Positions 1 through 10,376 are shown, counted from the first letter of the stretch. The stretch is DNA of 37,562 nt from Rhizaria sp. SCN 62-66 (GCA_001724265.1 MEDY01000306.1:1-37562); one strand, 5' to 3'. The notes: generated by a model not told the origin, from the sequence alone. Numbers and translations are program-made.

Positions 1-99
1 CGATGGACTATTTCGCTCGTAGTGAAATAGAAAAGTGCGCACCAAGGCGCGAAAATCGCGGAAAACACGTTTTTTTCATAAACCTCTACATCAGGGGTA
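1..99. mobile_element. Probable right terminus of a TA-flanked DNA transposon/MITE that runs off the left window edge (TIR 72-97, TA 98-99)
   Basis: 72-99 TTTTTCATAAACCTCTACATCAGGGGTA is the exact reverse complement of 37323-37350. The GGGG|TA end resembles a Tc1/mariner-type TA target site. No transposase is visible. Confidence 0.55.
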
Positions 100-354
100 T
101 TAGCAAGTGCAGAAATTCAAAACAAACAACTAATGTAAAAAAAATGTCAGAAAAAATCTAAAATCAATCTAATTTTTTTAACTAACAAACGCGTAAACAA
201 AATCACGCAGAAACCAAAGCGAGAAATGCAAAACTGAACAGACTAAAGACCGTTCAACATTCAAAAAGGCAAATTATAATCTTATTTCGGTAGTGTTACT
301 TCAGTACGCAACTTTAAGTCACTAATAAAATTGAAACGATCGCGTTTTGACATT

Positions 355-3300
355 TCACGCTTTTCGTGCCACAGTCGACGCTGTCGCGCACGACGTATTT
401 TGAGTGTGAGCAACAGGTGCGTGTTCAAACCGACTGATACCTCCGCAGATCTCGTGCACTGCAGCTGCACTGGGACGGTAGACAGGGTGCGTCTCTAGAA
501 CGACCTCTAGCAGTGCCTTAAGCTCACTAGACACATTGTCCCACAACGTGGGGCCGCGTGGAGTGACCGTGAACGCCGCTGCGGCGTCCGCGCCCATGGA
601 GGTGGCAGAAGCAGAAGTAGAGCTATCACGCGTAGCGGCGGATGGGCTAAGATCGTCACGCATCGTCTTACTCGTGGCAGGCGCAGCACTGCTGAGCGCG
701 CCCGCCGTGCTGGTGTTCAAAACACCGTCACCAGAAGCTGTGGCAGTCGCTGCGGCGGCCGCGAGAGTCGCGTACACAGTCGCGGTGGCCCTCGGCAGCG
801 GCTTCTGGGGTGACCGCATCTGCCCCGCGGTGCTCACACCTGAAGCCAGGCTACTGAGGCCGGGGCCAATCGTGCTCACGCCAAAGCTGAAGGCGCGGTC
901 CCTCCCAAAGCCACCGTTGCCGGCGCCGCCGCCGGCGCTGAAGCCCCCAACAACGTCACTGCTCTCGCGGCCCATGACAGCGCTCACGCTGCTCGTGTTG
1001 GCCCCGTTCGCGTTCGCAGTATCACTAACGGCCTCGTTGTCAGCAATAGCCAAGAGATCGAGCGGCAGCAGCGGTGCCGCGACGGCTGCGAACGATGGCG
1101 TGAACACCGGCGTCACTGCGACTGTGAGGGCCGGCCTCGGCAGCTCAGGGGGATTGCGCGAAAAAGAGCTGGTGTCAAGTCGCAAGAGCGCCAAGTCGGA
1201 GGCAAACGACGCGTTCGCACTCGCAGCAGCTGCGCTAGCTGCTGCAGTTGCAGCGGCTGCGACAGTGGAAGCAGCCACAAGAGCAGTTGTGCTAGTATTG
1301 TGGCTATTTGCAGCGGAGCTCGAGTTATGATCATGCATACTCATGTTGTTCGCGTTGATGTTCGTATTCATATTGTTCGCGTTGACACTCGAGCTGATGT
1401 TCAAGTGGGACAGAGAGTTCGACAGAGGAACTGGCGCGCCGCGAGCAAAGCTCCAGTTGAGCGAACCAAGGCCAATGCTGCTGATGTTGTTGCTTCCCAC
1501 AGAAAACTCGTCCTCATCTTCCTCAAAGTCACAGCCATAGTTGGTAGCTGCTGTAGCAGCAGTCTGCTCCTCAGCAGTCGCCGCCTCTGCCGCAGCAGCA
1601 TCTGCCGCCGCCGCCGCGGCAGCGCTCGTCGTCAGCACGCTGACAATTGTCATTCCGAGTGAAAAGACGTCGGACCAAGGGCCCTGGCCCAGCAGCACGC
1701 GGTCAGCGCCGGGGTTCGAGCCGGATGCGGCGATGATTGGCGCCGCGGCAGAGCGACTGCGCTTGATACCGCTGTTGAGGGATGCAAGGCTTGCATTCAA
1801 GTTGGTCATATTTACACTCGCATTATTACAATTGATGCTAGCGTTGTTACCATCGGCAAGAGAAGCAATACTGTCGTTGACAATGAAATCGTTGCTGGCA
1901 TTGCGCGTCGGCGAATGTGTCGGTAAATGCGCTGAAAGCAGCAGCCGCGACTGCGCCTTACGGAGCACGTCGTCCCTGTCTTTGCCACCGTATGCATTGT
2001 CAACACGAAGTGCGTCGCCGCCACGGCCGTTTGCAGCCTCCGCGTCAGTCCCAACCTCAGCATCAGCTTCAGCCTCGGCAGCTGCGTCCGCAGCGGCTGC
2101 GACAACCGCAGTCACCGTGTTGGTTCGCAGGAACCGCTCGGTCGCCCACTTCTTGTTCAGAACCTCCGGCGCCACAAAGCGGCCATCGGCGTCTTCGCTG
2201 CTGCCGGAAGTTAGGTCGCCCCGGAGCACTGCGGCGGAGCCCAGGTCTGCGAGGACGAAGCGCAACGATGCGTGCGGGCACAGCCAGGGGCCATAGCGGT
2301 ACTTGTAGTGCAGTGAGTGGGAGCGGTGTGAATGTAAGGTCTCGTTCGCGTTGCTGCTGTCATTGATATTACTCTTGTTGCTCATCTTGTTAGAGTGAGA
2401 CAATGAAGAGTTACTTGAGCGTCCAAACGTGCTGTTGTGCTCTGAAAACGATTCGAAAACCTCACCGGCATCAGCATCTGCGCCAAAGTTAAGCCGCGAC
2501 CGCGAAAACGGAGACGCGCCAACAACAGCTGCACCAGCAAGGCTTGGAACAGCACCTGCGCGACTCGGGGACATGCTAGTATCACCGACGTAACTTGTGT
2601 TGTTCGGCAAGTACGTCGCCGGAGTGTTTGCAAGTGACGGGACCTCAACAGGATTGTCAGAACGATTGACAGCACTGCGGTTGACAGCGCTCGCATAACT
2701 CGAGTTAGCGCTGCTATTGGCATGAGCATAGTGCGCAAAGCGGGCTACCGGTGCGGCGCTTGGCGGCGTGCGTGGTGGACTGCGTCGCGCACTGCTGCGC
2801 GCGACACTGCGCGGAGGAGTGCGTGGCGGAGTGCGTGGCGGAGTGCGTGGCGGCGTGTGCGGCGGCGTCTCATCGAGCGCAGGCGCCACAGCTGGTGCAA
2901 GTGCCGGGGTAACAGTCACAGAAGGCGGGTTCAGCGCCGAGCGGCGGGGCTCAAAGGCTGACGAAGGAGGGCGCGAGAATGTGAAGTCGTTGACAGCGAT
3001 TGACGCAGAGCCTGCGTTTGTGTTGTTTCCACTGAGGTTATTCGCGTTCATGTTGACTGTAGGTAACGGCAGCAGGAACGAAGACTGATTGTGATGTTGC
3101 TCCTGCTCGCAATCTCTACTATCGCTCGGGTGTTCGCTTCTTGTGTTGTTTCTGTGCTCACGGTCACTCGGGTGCTCAGCAGCGTCCGAGTATGTGTTCA
3201 GACCAAATAAGCCAACGCCGCGCATCGGCAACACAATCGGAGCAGCACCAGCAGCAGCGTCATTACCGTTCGTGTGACTGTTTGGAACTGCAGGCAGTTG

Positions 3301-6300
3301 AGGCGGGTAAAATGAAATATTAAGACCGTTTGCAGTCATGTTCATGGCATCATCGTCGTCGTCGTTATTGTAGCTACGACTACTGGTAGCAACGTCTTGA
3401 TGACCGCCACGGGTTCGCTGCCGGCTGCAGTTACTCTTGTCGCTAGCATCGCGGTCGTCCATCGCAATGCTGTCAAAATACATGCTAAGATCTTTGGCGA
3501 CGCTAACATCATTGTCGTCGTTGATGTTTCCTTCAACAGCATGACTCTTGTTGTGATTGCTGTGGTTGATATTCATCACGCTGATATGACTCTTGTTGTG
3601 CGCAGTGTTCGTGTGGTTTGTCGTGTTGTTGACTGCCGCTGATGTCGACAGATACGTTGCTGACACATCGCACAAATAGCTCGCTTCGCCCCACGGCTCA
3701 AACGGGCTCTTGGCGTTGTTGGAGTTGGCGTTGTGCACGGCATCACTCGCAATAGCAAACCCACGGACAGAAGAGTGTGAATTGCCTTGAGCGCCTCCTG
3801 CTTCTAGAGGACTGGTTTTCTTAGCTATGAGATCAGGCAACCACTTGTCGCATGCCAGACAGCGCTCGCTAACGGGATGGTAGTCAACAATGTGACTGGC
3901 AGCCCCGCCAGAGCGACTGAGAGTCGCGCGCTTCGCCTGCCTTGGCTCGACCGCAAACAAGATGTTGTCGGGCTTCACGTCCCGGTGCACGAGCCCCTTG
4001 CTGTGAACATAGGCGAGCCCTGCGGCGGCCTGTGCGAAGGCCTGCCACACGCCCTCCTCGCCCATGGAGCCCGTGGCGGCGCATTGCGCGACAAGCGCGT
4101 CGAGCGTGCCCGCGCACAGGTCCGACTGCACCCAGGTCTCGCCCTCGTCGTCGAGCCAGATGGACCAGTGGCGCAGCACGTTCGGGTGGGACACAAAACG
4201 GCGCGACAGCACCGCTGAGTTTGCAGGAGCAAGCGAAGGCGCACTAGCACTCGCAACAGGTGCACTTGCAGGGGCGCCCGCCGCGGCTGAGGTACTCTGA
4301 TCAGGGGTGAATAGTGATTTGTCAAAGCTCGAGCTCGCACTTGAGCTGACGTACGTGCTCTTACTGGTGTTTATGTCGTCGCTCATGTTGAATGACATTG
4401 CGGGGGTGGCAGTGCTCGCAAGAGGCGTCAACGGCGTCGTTAACAGGCGAACGCTGCCCCCGCTACCGTTGCTTGAACTTTGCGCGTCCACTGGGGCGCC
4501 AGATGTGGGAGCGACTGCACTCGCAAACAGCAGGGACTGCGCTTGCTGTTCGTTAAAGCTCGCGGTGTTAGAGTGCGTGCTGAGCACATTGCCTAGTGAT
4601 GTCGACGTTTGGGAAATGGCAACAGGGTCAGGGCAGATAGGGTAGCTAAAGTAACCCGCGGCACTGTCAGTCATACCAGCCGCAATATTGCTGCCCGCGG
4701 TCGTTGTCGCGGTCGCGTTGCTCGGCTGTGAAGATGACTTCTTCGGGGTCGCCAGGAGAACCCTGCGGGCGAACACACTCGTCGTGCGGGCTGAAACACT
4801 AGGCAGGAGCCCGCCAGTTAGACTCGAACTCACACCAGTACCCGCACTTGCGTTACTGGTGTTGTTATTGACACCAGTGTTCTTCTTGCTCGCTGCCTCG
4901 CTTGCACGCATCGAGTAGTGGCTCTGAGATGCGCCTGCAAAGTGGCTGTGTGCGCTGAGCGGCACAGTAGTCGCAGCAGACGCAGAGGCAGCAGCGGGGG
5001 GAGTCGTGACATCAGCAGAGTTCGCGCCTGTGCTCGCGCTGTTACTGTGCTTCAGCGCATCGTTCACAGTTGCTTGGTGAACAAATGTGGGCGTTGTCGA
5101 GACAGGAGATTGCAGCCAGTCGCGGTCACTCATACTCGTCGCGCTCGCGTTACTGGTGGTGTTTCCGTCGTTTGCAGTGTTAGCGCCGGCGCTAACGTTC
5201 GTACTCGCGCCGGTAGCTGGAGTAGTGAACGGCGAGAAGGACGACATGATGGCCTCTGTCGGTGAACAAAAATTAAGCCTGGGGGAGCAGAAGTTGAGTC
5301 GCTCCGACAACCGAGCCGCCGAGGATGGGGCAGTGCCACTATCACCAGCCGTAACGGCAACGTCTGTGTTGCCGTTCGCTGAGATAGCAGCGCCAATGTC
5401 GCGCAACATGCTGATATTACTCATCACACCAACTGCCGCATTGCCAACACCCGCGCTCGCGCTGTTGCCAATCGTAGCCTGAGCAGGGCCCAGCTCGACG
5501 ACCATCGGCTGCAGGCGCTTCACTGCGTGCACGAACGCGTTCAACGCGCGCAGCGTCGTCGTTGACACGCGCTTGAGCGCAAACAGGCGGCCGTCGCTGT
5601 GGCGGCGCGCGGCCCACACTTCGCCGAACGCGCCAGAGCCGGAGCGGGAGAGCAGTTTGAAGCCTGCGACGCGCGACACATAGGCAGGCCTGCTGCCGCC
5701 GCTGGGGGCGCAGTTCTCCTTATCATTTGTAGCACTGGGAGCGTTGTTGTTGAAGCTGTTGTTCGCGCTCAACGGTCCAAAGCTTGCGTTGGCACTGTTG
5801 CAACGACTGAGATTCGTGCTTGTGCTTGAGCCGATATTACCGTTGTTGTTGTAGCTCAGGTTGGGGCGAAGCGTGCGCGGCAGCCGGACGCAGTCGAGAG
5901 GCTTCTCCACGTCATACAGCACACAAGGGCCGCCGAGGGTAGCCAGCAACCGCTGGTTGTTGCTCTTGGCAAGGTTGGACTTTGCCGACGAAGCCTGCAG
6001 GGCGCGCAACGCTGATGGCGTGACACGGGACGCAGAAGCAGCAGCAGCGGCAGCGGCTGCGGCACTGGGGTTGCTCGCGGTGTCGGCGCTCGCGCCGGTC
6101 AAATAGCTCTGGGTGTACGACGTGTTTGCGGAAGGGCGGCCTGGTGTCGCAGGCGGGAGACGGGGCCTGAGCGCAGAGTTGGTTGCCAACGCTGATGCCG
6201 ACGCTGATGCAGAGGCGGAAGCAGAGGCGGACTGGGTGGCGGTCAGAGCAAGAGGATTCAGTGCCGGCGTCAAAGAGAGCGTTGCGTTACGCAACGGTGG

Positions 6301-6693
6301 AGAGTCGTAGGCGTAGTTGCCGCTCGAGCTCGAACCCGCAGTGGCCTCGTTGGCAACAGGCGGAACAGCAGCTACGGCCGCTACGGCAGCGGCGGCGTAG
6401 GGCGCGGTAGCGTGCAACCGAGGCGGGGTGACTGCGTCGGGCTCCGGGGAGTGTTGATGTCCGTGTAATAGGGCCCGGGGGTTGTTGTGTCCTGAGTCGA
6501 CGCCGTTCGTAATGTCAGCGGCACCGCTGTTGTGGCTGTAGCGCTGTTGTTGGGGGGTTTGGGGCATTCCTGGGCTTGGAGGCACCAGGCGAGCGGCAGA
6601 TCCGTTTGCCAACACCGCAGCCTTCAACGCAGGCGTAGCCCATGCCGCCGGATCAGGCAAGGGTAAAGCGTTGCCGTGGGAGTTGGCGTGCAT
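355..6693 (-). CDS. Wee1/Myt1-family protein kinase, 2112 aa, single exon, with large low-complexity insertions
   Basis: Kinase subdomains appear in order: FKLLSRSGSGAFGEVW..DGRLFALKR (~5662-5566); HPNVLRHWSIW..VHSKGLVHRDVKPDNILF (~4192-3950); FVLADLG..EDADGRFVAPEVL (~2265-2146); SDVFSLGMTI (~1685-1640); VSSELKALLEVVLETHPVYRPSA (~555-465). DLG, the E-x-D-x-R-F motif and DGRLxAxKR match Wee1/PKMYT1 as I recall them. Confidence 0.8.
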   Translation of the reverse strand: MHANSHGNALPLPDPAAWATPALKAAVLANGSAARLVPPSPGMPQTPQQQRYSHNSGAADITNGVDSGHNNPRALLHGHQHSPEPDAVTPPRLHATAPYAAAAVAAVAAVPPVANEATAGSSSSGNYAYDSPPLRNATLSLTPALNPLALTATQSASASASASASASALATNSALRPRLPPATPGRPSANTSYTQSYLTGASADTASNPSAAAAAAAAASASRVTPSALRALQASSAKSNLAKSNNQRLLATLGGPCVLYDVEKPLDCVRLPRTLRPNLSYNNNGNIGSSTSTNLSRCNSANASFGPLSANNSFNNNAPSATNDKENCAPSGGSRPAYVSRVAGFKLLSRSGSGAFGEVWAARRHSDGRLFALKRVSTTTLRALNAFVHAVKRLQPMVVELGPAQATIGNSASAGVGNAAVGVMSNISMLRDIGAAISANGNTDVAVTAGDSGTAPSSAARLSERLNFCSPRLNFCSPTEAIMSSFSPFTTPATGASTNVSAGANTANDGNTTSNASATSMSDRDWLQSPVSTTPTFVHQATVNDALKHSNSASTGANSADVTTPPAAASASAATTVPLSAHSHFAGASQSHYSMRASEAASKKNTGVNNNTSNASAGTGVSSSLTGGLLPSVSARTTSVFARRVLLATPKKSSSQPSNATATTTAGSNIAAGMTDSAAGYFSYPICPDPVAISQTSTSLGNVLSTHSNTASFNEQQAQSLLFASAVAPTSGAPVDAQSSSNGSGGSVRLLTTPLTPLASTATPAMSFNMSDDINTSKSTYVSSSASSSFDKSLFTPDQSTSAAAGAPASAPVASASAPSLAPANSAVLSRRFVSHPNVLRHWSIWLDDEGETWVQSDLCAGTLDALVAQCAATGSMGEEGVWQAFAQAAAGLAYVHSKGLVHRDVKPDNILFAVEPRQAKRATLSRSGGAASHIVDYHPVSERCLACDKWLPDLIAKKTSPLEAGGAQGNSHSSVRGFAIASDAVHNANSNNAKSPFEPWGEASYLCDVSATYLSTSAAVNNTTNHTNTAHNKSHISVMNINHSNHNKSHAVEGNINDDNDVSVAKDLSMYFDSIAMDDRDASDKSNCSRQRTRGGHQDVATSSRSYNNDDDDDAMNMTANGLNISFYPPQLPAVPNSHTNGNDAAAGAAPIVLPMRGVGLFGLNTYSDAAEHPSDREHRNNTRSEHPSDSRDCEQEQHHNQSSFLLPLPTVNMNANNLSGNNTNAGSASIAVNDFTFSRPPSSAFEPRRSALNPPSVTVTPALAPAVAPALDETPPHTPPRTPPRTPPRTPPRSVARSSARRSPPRTPPSAAPVARFAHYAHANSSANSSYASAVNRSAVNRSDNPVEVPSLANTPATYLPNNTSYVGDTSMSPSRAGAVPSLAGAAVVGASPFSRSRLNFGADADAGEVFESFSEHNSTFGRSSNSSLSHSNKMSNKSNINDSSNANETLHSHRSHSLHYKYRYGPWLCPHASLRFVLADLGSAAVLRGDLTSGSSEDADGRFVAPEVLNKKWATERFLRTNTVTAVVAAAADAAAEAEADAEVGTDAEAANGRGGDALRVDNAYGGKDRDDVLRKAQSRLLLSAHLPTHSPTRNASNDFIVNDSIASLADGNNASINCNNASVNMTNLNASLASLNSGIKRSRSAAAPIIAASGSNPGADRVLLGQGPWSDVFSLGMTIVSVLTTSAAAAAAADAAAAEAATAEEQTAATAATNYGCDFEEDEDEFSVGSNNISSIGLGSLNWSFARGAPVPLSNSLSHLNISSSVNANNMNTNINANNMSMHDHNSSSAANSHNTSTTALVAASTVAAAATAAASAAAASANASFASDLALLRLDTSSFSRNPPELPRPALTVAVTPVFTPSFAAVAAPLLPLDLLAIADNEAVSDTANANGANTSSVSAVMGRESSDVVGGFSAGGGAGNGGFGRDRAFSFGVSTIGPGLSSLASGVSTAGQMRSPQKPLPRATATVYATLAAAAATATASGDGVLNTSTAGALSSAAPATSKTMRDDLSPSAATRDSSTSASATSMGADAAAAFTVTPRGPTLWDNVSSELKALLEVVLETHPVYRPSAAAVHEICGGISRFEHAPVAHTQNTSCATASTVARKA
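2810..2869 (-). repeat. 12-bp coding tandem repeat encoding TPPH-(TPPR)4
   Basis: GGCGGAGTGCGT-type units on the + strand; the translation reads TPPHTPPRTPPRTPPRTPPR. Confidence 0.9.
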
Positions 6694-7212
6694 GGCGCGA
6701 ACGGGGACACGCCGTGAAGGGGAGCAAGGCGCTTAAACGAGAAGGAAAGGTGCCGATCAAATGATGATCCTAGAGAGGGTTACCTACAGGTAGAAGGTTT
6801 CTACAAAGAAAAACAATAGATTGGTTTTAGTGAAAAGTTTACACAGAGTTTAAATACTATATCACGATGAGTTCACGGAGATATTCATCGCTGATCATAA
6901 CCCTCTCACCGCCCTCGCTCAACGGCTCTATCGTTGGCAAGTTGCCAGCGTCCCACGGTCGTTTGTGGGGACTGCAGCCAAGCTGCTGACAGCACAAAGA
7001 GAAACGGCTCCTGAGAGGCAATCTTGATGAGTCAAATCTGCCACCTATTCGCTGTCATAGTTTCTCTTCTTGCATTATGATAAATATTTGGTTGTAAATT
7101 AATTGTGAGTTAATTATCAGTCTCTCACATCTTGCTTTTGTTCCCCTGCACACTGCCCTGTTTCGCCCAACTCCCCTCTGGTCTTACACTACTTCCCAGC
7201 TCTTCCCCGGCA

Positions 7213-9288
7213 ATGGACTACTACGAGGAGGACATGGAGGAGGACTTCGAGCCCCAGTACGAGGTGACCTACGACGGCGACTCGACGGTCTACCACCACC
7301 TCGCCCGCGACGGTCTCGCCAAGGCCAAGTTCCTCAACGGCGACGAGTATCACGGCGAGTACCGCAACGGCAAGCGATGCGGCCGCGGCGTCTACACCTA
7401 CATCTCCGGCGCCATCTACGACGGCGAGTACCGCGACGGTAAGAAGGAGGGCACTGGCAAGTTTACCTATCCCGATGGTTCGACCTACGAGGGTGAGTTT
7501 AAGGCGGACAAGCGCGAGGGCCACGGCAAGTACACCTACGCCAACTCTGAGGAGTACGAGGGCCAGTGGCGCGGCGACGTCAAGCACGGCCCCGGCGTGT
7601 ACCGCTACGCCAACAAGACCACACTGACGGGCGTCTGGGGCAACGGCTCGCTCATGCACGGCCAGAGCTGCACCTCCGACGGCACCACCTTCACGGGCTC
7701 GTTCCTTGGCTCCACCCCGCAGGGCCCCGGCTTCTACGCCTTCCCGTCGGGGCTCACGCTCAGCGGCGGCTATGACGACTCGGCCGAGTGGCGCAAGGAC
7801 CCCTTCGCGAAGCCCGCTGTGGTGGCCAAGGCCCCCGCGCCGGCGCCCGCGCCCGAGTTCAAGGTCGCGTGCCGTCTCGTCGACAAGGCCGTGTACAAGG
7901 CGGACCAGTTCGAGAGCACTCACGCACTGCGCAAGAAGCCCCTTGCACCCGGCGCGCCCAACCTGCGCCAGGCGGCCCCGCTCGTCGTCGGCGGCGAGAG
8001 TCAGGATTCGCACGTTTTCGCCTGCTCGCAGCCCACGCTGCCAGGCCTTCGCGCCGCTGTGGAGGTCATCCAGGACCGCGGCTTCTCGCACGTGCTGCTC
8101 GTGTCGACTCGCGACGCGCCGTGCGTGTACGTCAACGACCTGCCGATCCACCCGCGCGACCGGCGCCAGCTTAACGCGCGTCTCGCGCTGCCCACGGCGG
8201 GCATGACGGCCGAGGAGCGCGCGCTGCTCGACGAGCGCTTCGCACACCGCGTCCGCAAGGACGTCGCGTGGCGCGGCAACGAGCTCGTCTACTTCACCGA
8301 GTCCTTTGCCGTCGACGCCGGTGAGCGCAAGAACGCTGAGGGCGGCGAGCCCGTTGCCGACGCCGCGCGCGTTCTGCCGCTGCAGGCCGCGGTCGAGCTG
8401 CTCGCCGAGGAGGAGGGTCTGCCTATCGAGTTCGTCCGCGCGCCTCTGCCCGGCAACGCCGCTCCCAGCGCCGCTGCGGTTGACGCTCTGCTCGACAGCG
8501 CGCGCGACGCCGGCGACGCGACGGCGCTGCTGTTTGTCTCCCGCACCGGCCGGCAGCGCGCGACGCTGGGCGCCGTGTTGGCGCTGCTCACCGACGCGGC
8601 GATGCGCGGCATCAACGGCGGCGAGGAAGAGGAGGAGGGCTATGATGGCGACGACGACGACGAGCACGGCGGCGAGCAGGCCCGCGCCGCGCGCGAGGCC
8701 GCCGCGAACAAGCCCGAGTACGACCCCGCCGCGCCCGACTACCGCCGCGGCCAATACAGCGCCGTGATGCGCCTCGTCGAGCTCATGCCCAGCGGCGTCG
8801 CCGTCAAGCGCGACGTCGACAAGGCCATCAACCAGGTACGTAATGACACTGATAACTGTGGTTTATAAATGAAAAATGAAAAACTATATTTTATATGAAT
8901 AACGGTATCTTCCATTTCTCTTCCAATTGCTTAATTGAGATTCTCTCATCTTGTTCTTCGCTATTCTTCTTGCATTTTGTTTGTTTCCCTGCAGGCTTGC
9001 GGTGCCAACAACGAGGTGGAGAACATCCGCGAGACGGTCTGGCGCCTGCAGAACGCGTACAACTCCGCGGCGGGCGGCGAGGAGCAGCGCGTGGCGATCC
9101 GCGCCGAGGCGATCGGCGCGTTGCAGCGGTACATGCACTTGATTCTCGTCGCGGCCTACCTGCGCGAATGCGCGCCGGAGCTGGAGAAGACTTACAGTGA
9201 GTGGAGCAAGGAGAAGGAGGTCCAGGACCTGTTCGACGAGGTCGGCAGCGCTACCGAGGGCCCGCTCTCCACGTTCAACTGGGAGTAA
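7213..9288 (+). CDS. MORN-repeat (RSPH1/RSP10-like) protein fused to a paladin/PTP-like phytase domain; exons 7213-8835 and 8995-9288 (~638 aa)
   Basis: About 6-7 MORN repeats (YxGxxxxGKxxGxG, ~7300-7770). Paladin-like motifs follow: GAPNLRQ, VFACSQPT, STRDAPCVYVN, LFVSRTGRQRAT, YSAVMRLVELMPSGVAVKRDVDKAINQ|ACG..NIRETV, and LQRYMHLILVAAYL. A phase-0 intron joins the two halves. Confidence 0.85.
8836..8994 (+). other. Spliceosomal intron (159 bp, phase 0)
   Basis: CAG|GTACGT ... polypyrimidine CTGCAG|; AT-rich; removing it restores the paladin-like reading frame. Confidence 0.9.
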
Positions 9289-10376
9289 AGCTGCTACTGC
9301 TGACGCGGTGACTGCGCTGCGAGCGAAATGCTCCGATGGTTTTGATGATGATGCTAACGACGTGGTTTTGTTAAGATAATTGCGTACTTAATACTTAGAA
9401 TATGTTTGAATGTATATGATGAACAGAAAAATAAGACCAAGAAAAAATACGATAGGGCGAACGAACGCTCCTGATGTATCTGCAGGTACTGTTTGTTGCT
9501 GATATTTGTTTGCTTTGTTTTGTAAGAGAAACGAAGGAGAATACACACGAATTGATCTGTTTTAACTATAAACCTCCAGTGTAGGTTGTGTTGGAGCATG
9601 TGCTTCACTGTGAAGTATTGTTTCTTTGCACTCCAGTTGTGCATGACCAATATCAGCGATTTAACATGGTATAACTTATTTTCAAGAAACCACGTTGAAA
9701 TATATTGATCATAAGTCTTTTTTATATTTTAAAACATGAATTACTTCCTATGCACATTTTTATATTGAAAAAATCTGACAGTGTGCCAAGATTGTGGAGT
9801 CAGCCAATGAGGCAGGCTGACCCAATCTTATGACCCCCCGACTTCCTAAAATCATGTTATTTAAGAGAGGCTCTGATATAACAAGATAATAGTAGACATC
9901 CAATATCGAGGTATCATTGCCGCATATCAACAACACACAAAGAGTGCATATCTAGAGCCTCAGGTAATGCAGATAGAACGAGACATATCATGTAAGCAAC
10001 AGTGGGGTTTGGAACATAGATTTGTATTATAACCGGTAACAACAGTTTTCAGAATATCATAAACACATACTCATTTGCTTCTCTACTGCTTAACCTAAGC
10101 TTCCTTTCACTTTGTCATTCTACCAGCGAGAAAGCAAAGGACGCCATTAACAGCATATCAGAAGCACTCTCATTAATAGCACAACAGTCAACTGTGAATA
10201 CACATCATATTATATCCACTAATTTAACAACAATAACAATACCAACTCAAGAGACACATCACAGCAATAAAAGAACACTCTGACGGGACTCATAAACACT
10301 CTCAGAGCCGCAGGTCTAAGCCAACCCTTTCGCTTAGCTGGCGTAATACACCACAACGCGATTAGGTAAGCCACAT

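Noticed and set aside
8..30. Hairpin CTATTTCGCT-CGT-AGTGAAATAG
   Set aside because: A short stem at the window edge, probably subterminal sequence of the putative transposon; no independent function can be supported.
465..5662. Kinase inserts as inteins or introns
   Set aside because: No intein-like C-terminal HN-C/S/T junctions or homing-endonuclease motifs were recognised. There are also no AT-rich GTACGT..AG segments, and the composition is simple low-complexity protein.
7189..8754. 521-aa antisense ORF over the MORN-paladin gene
   Set aside because: Shadow ORF caused by high GC3 codon bias on the sense strand; no recognisable motifs.
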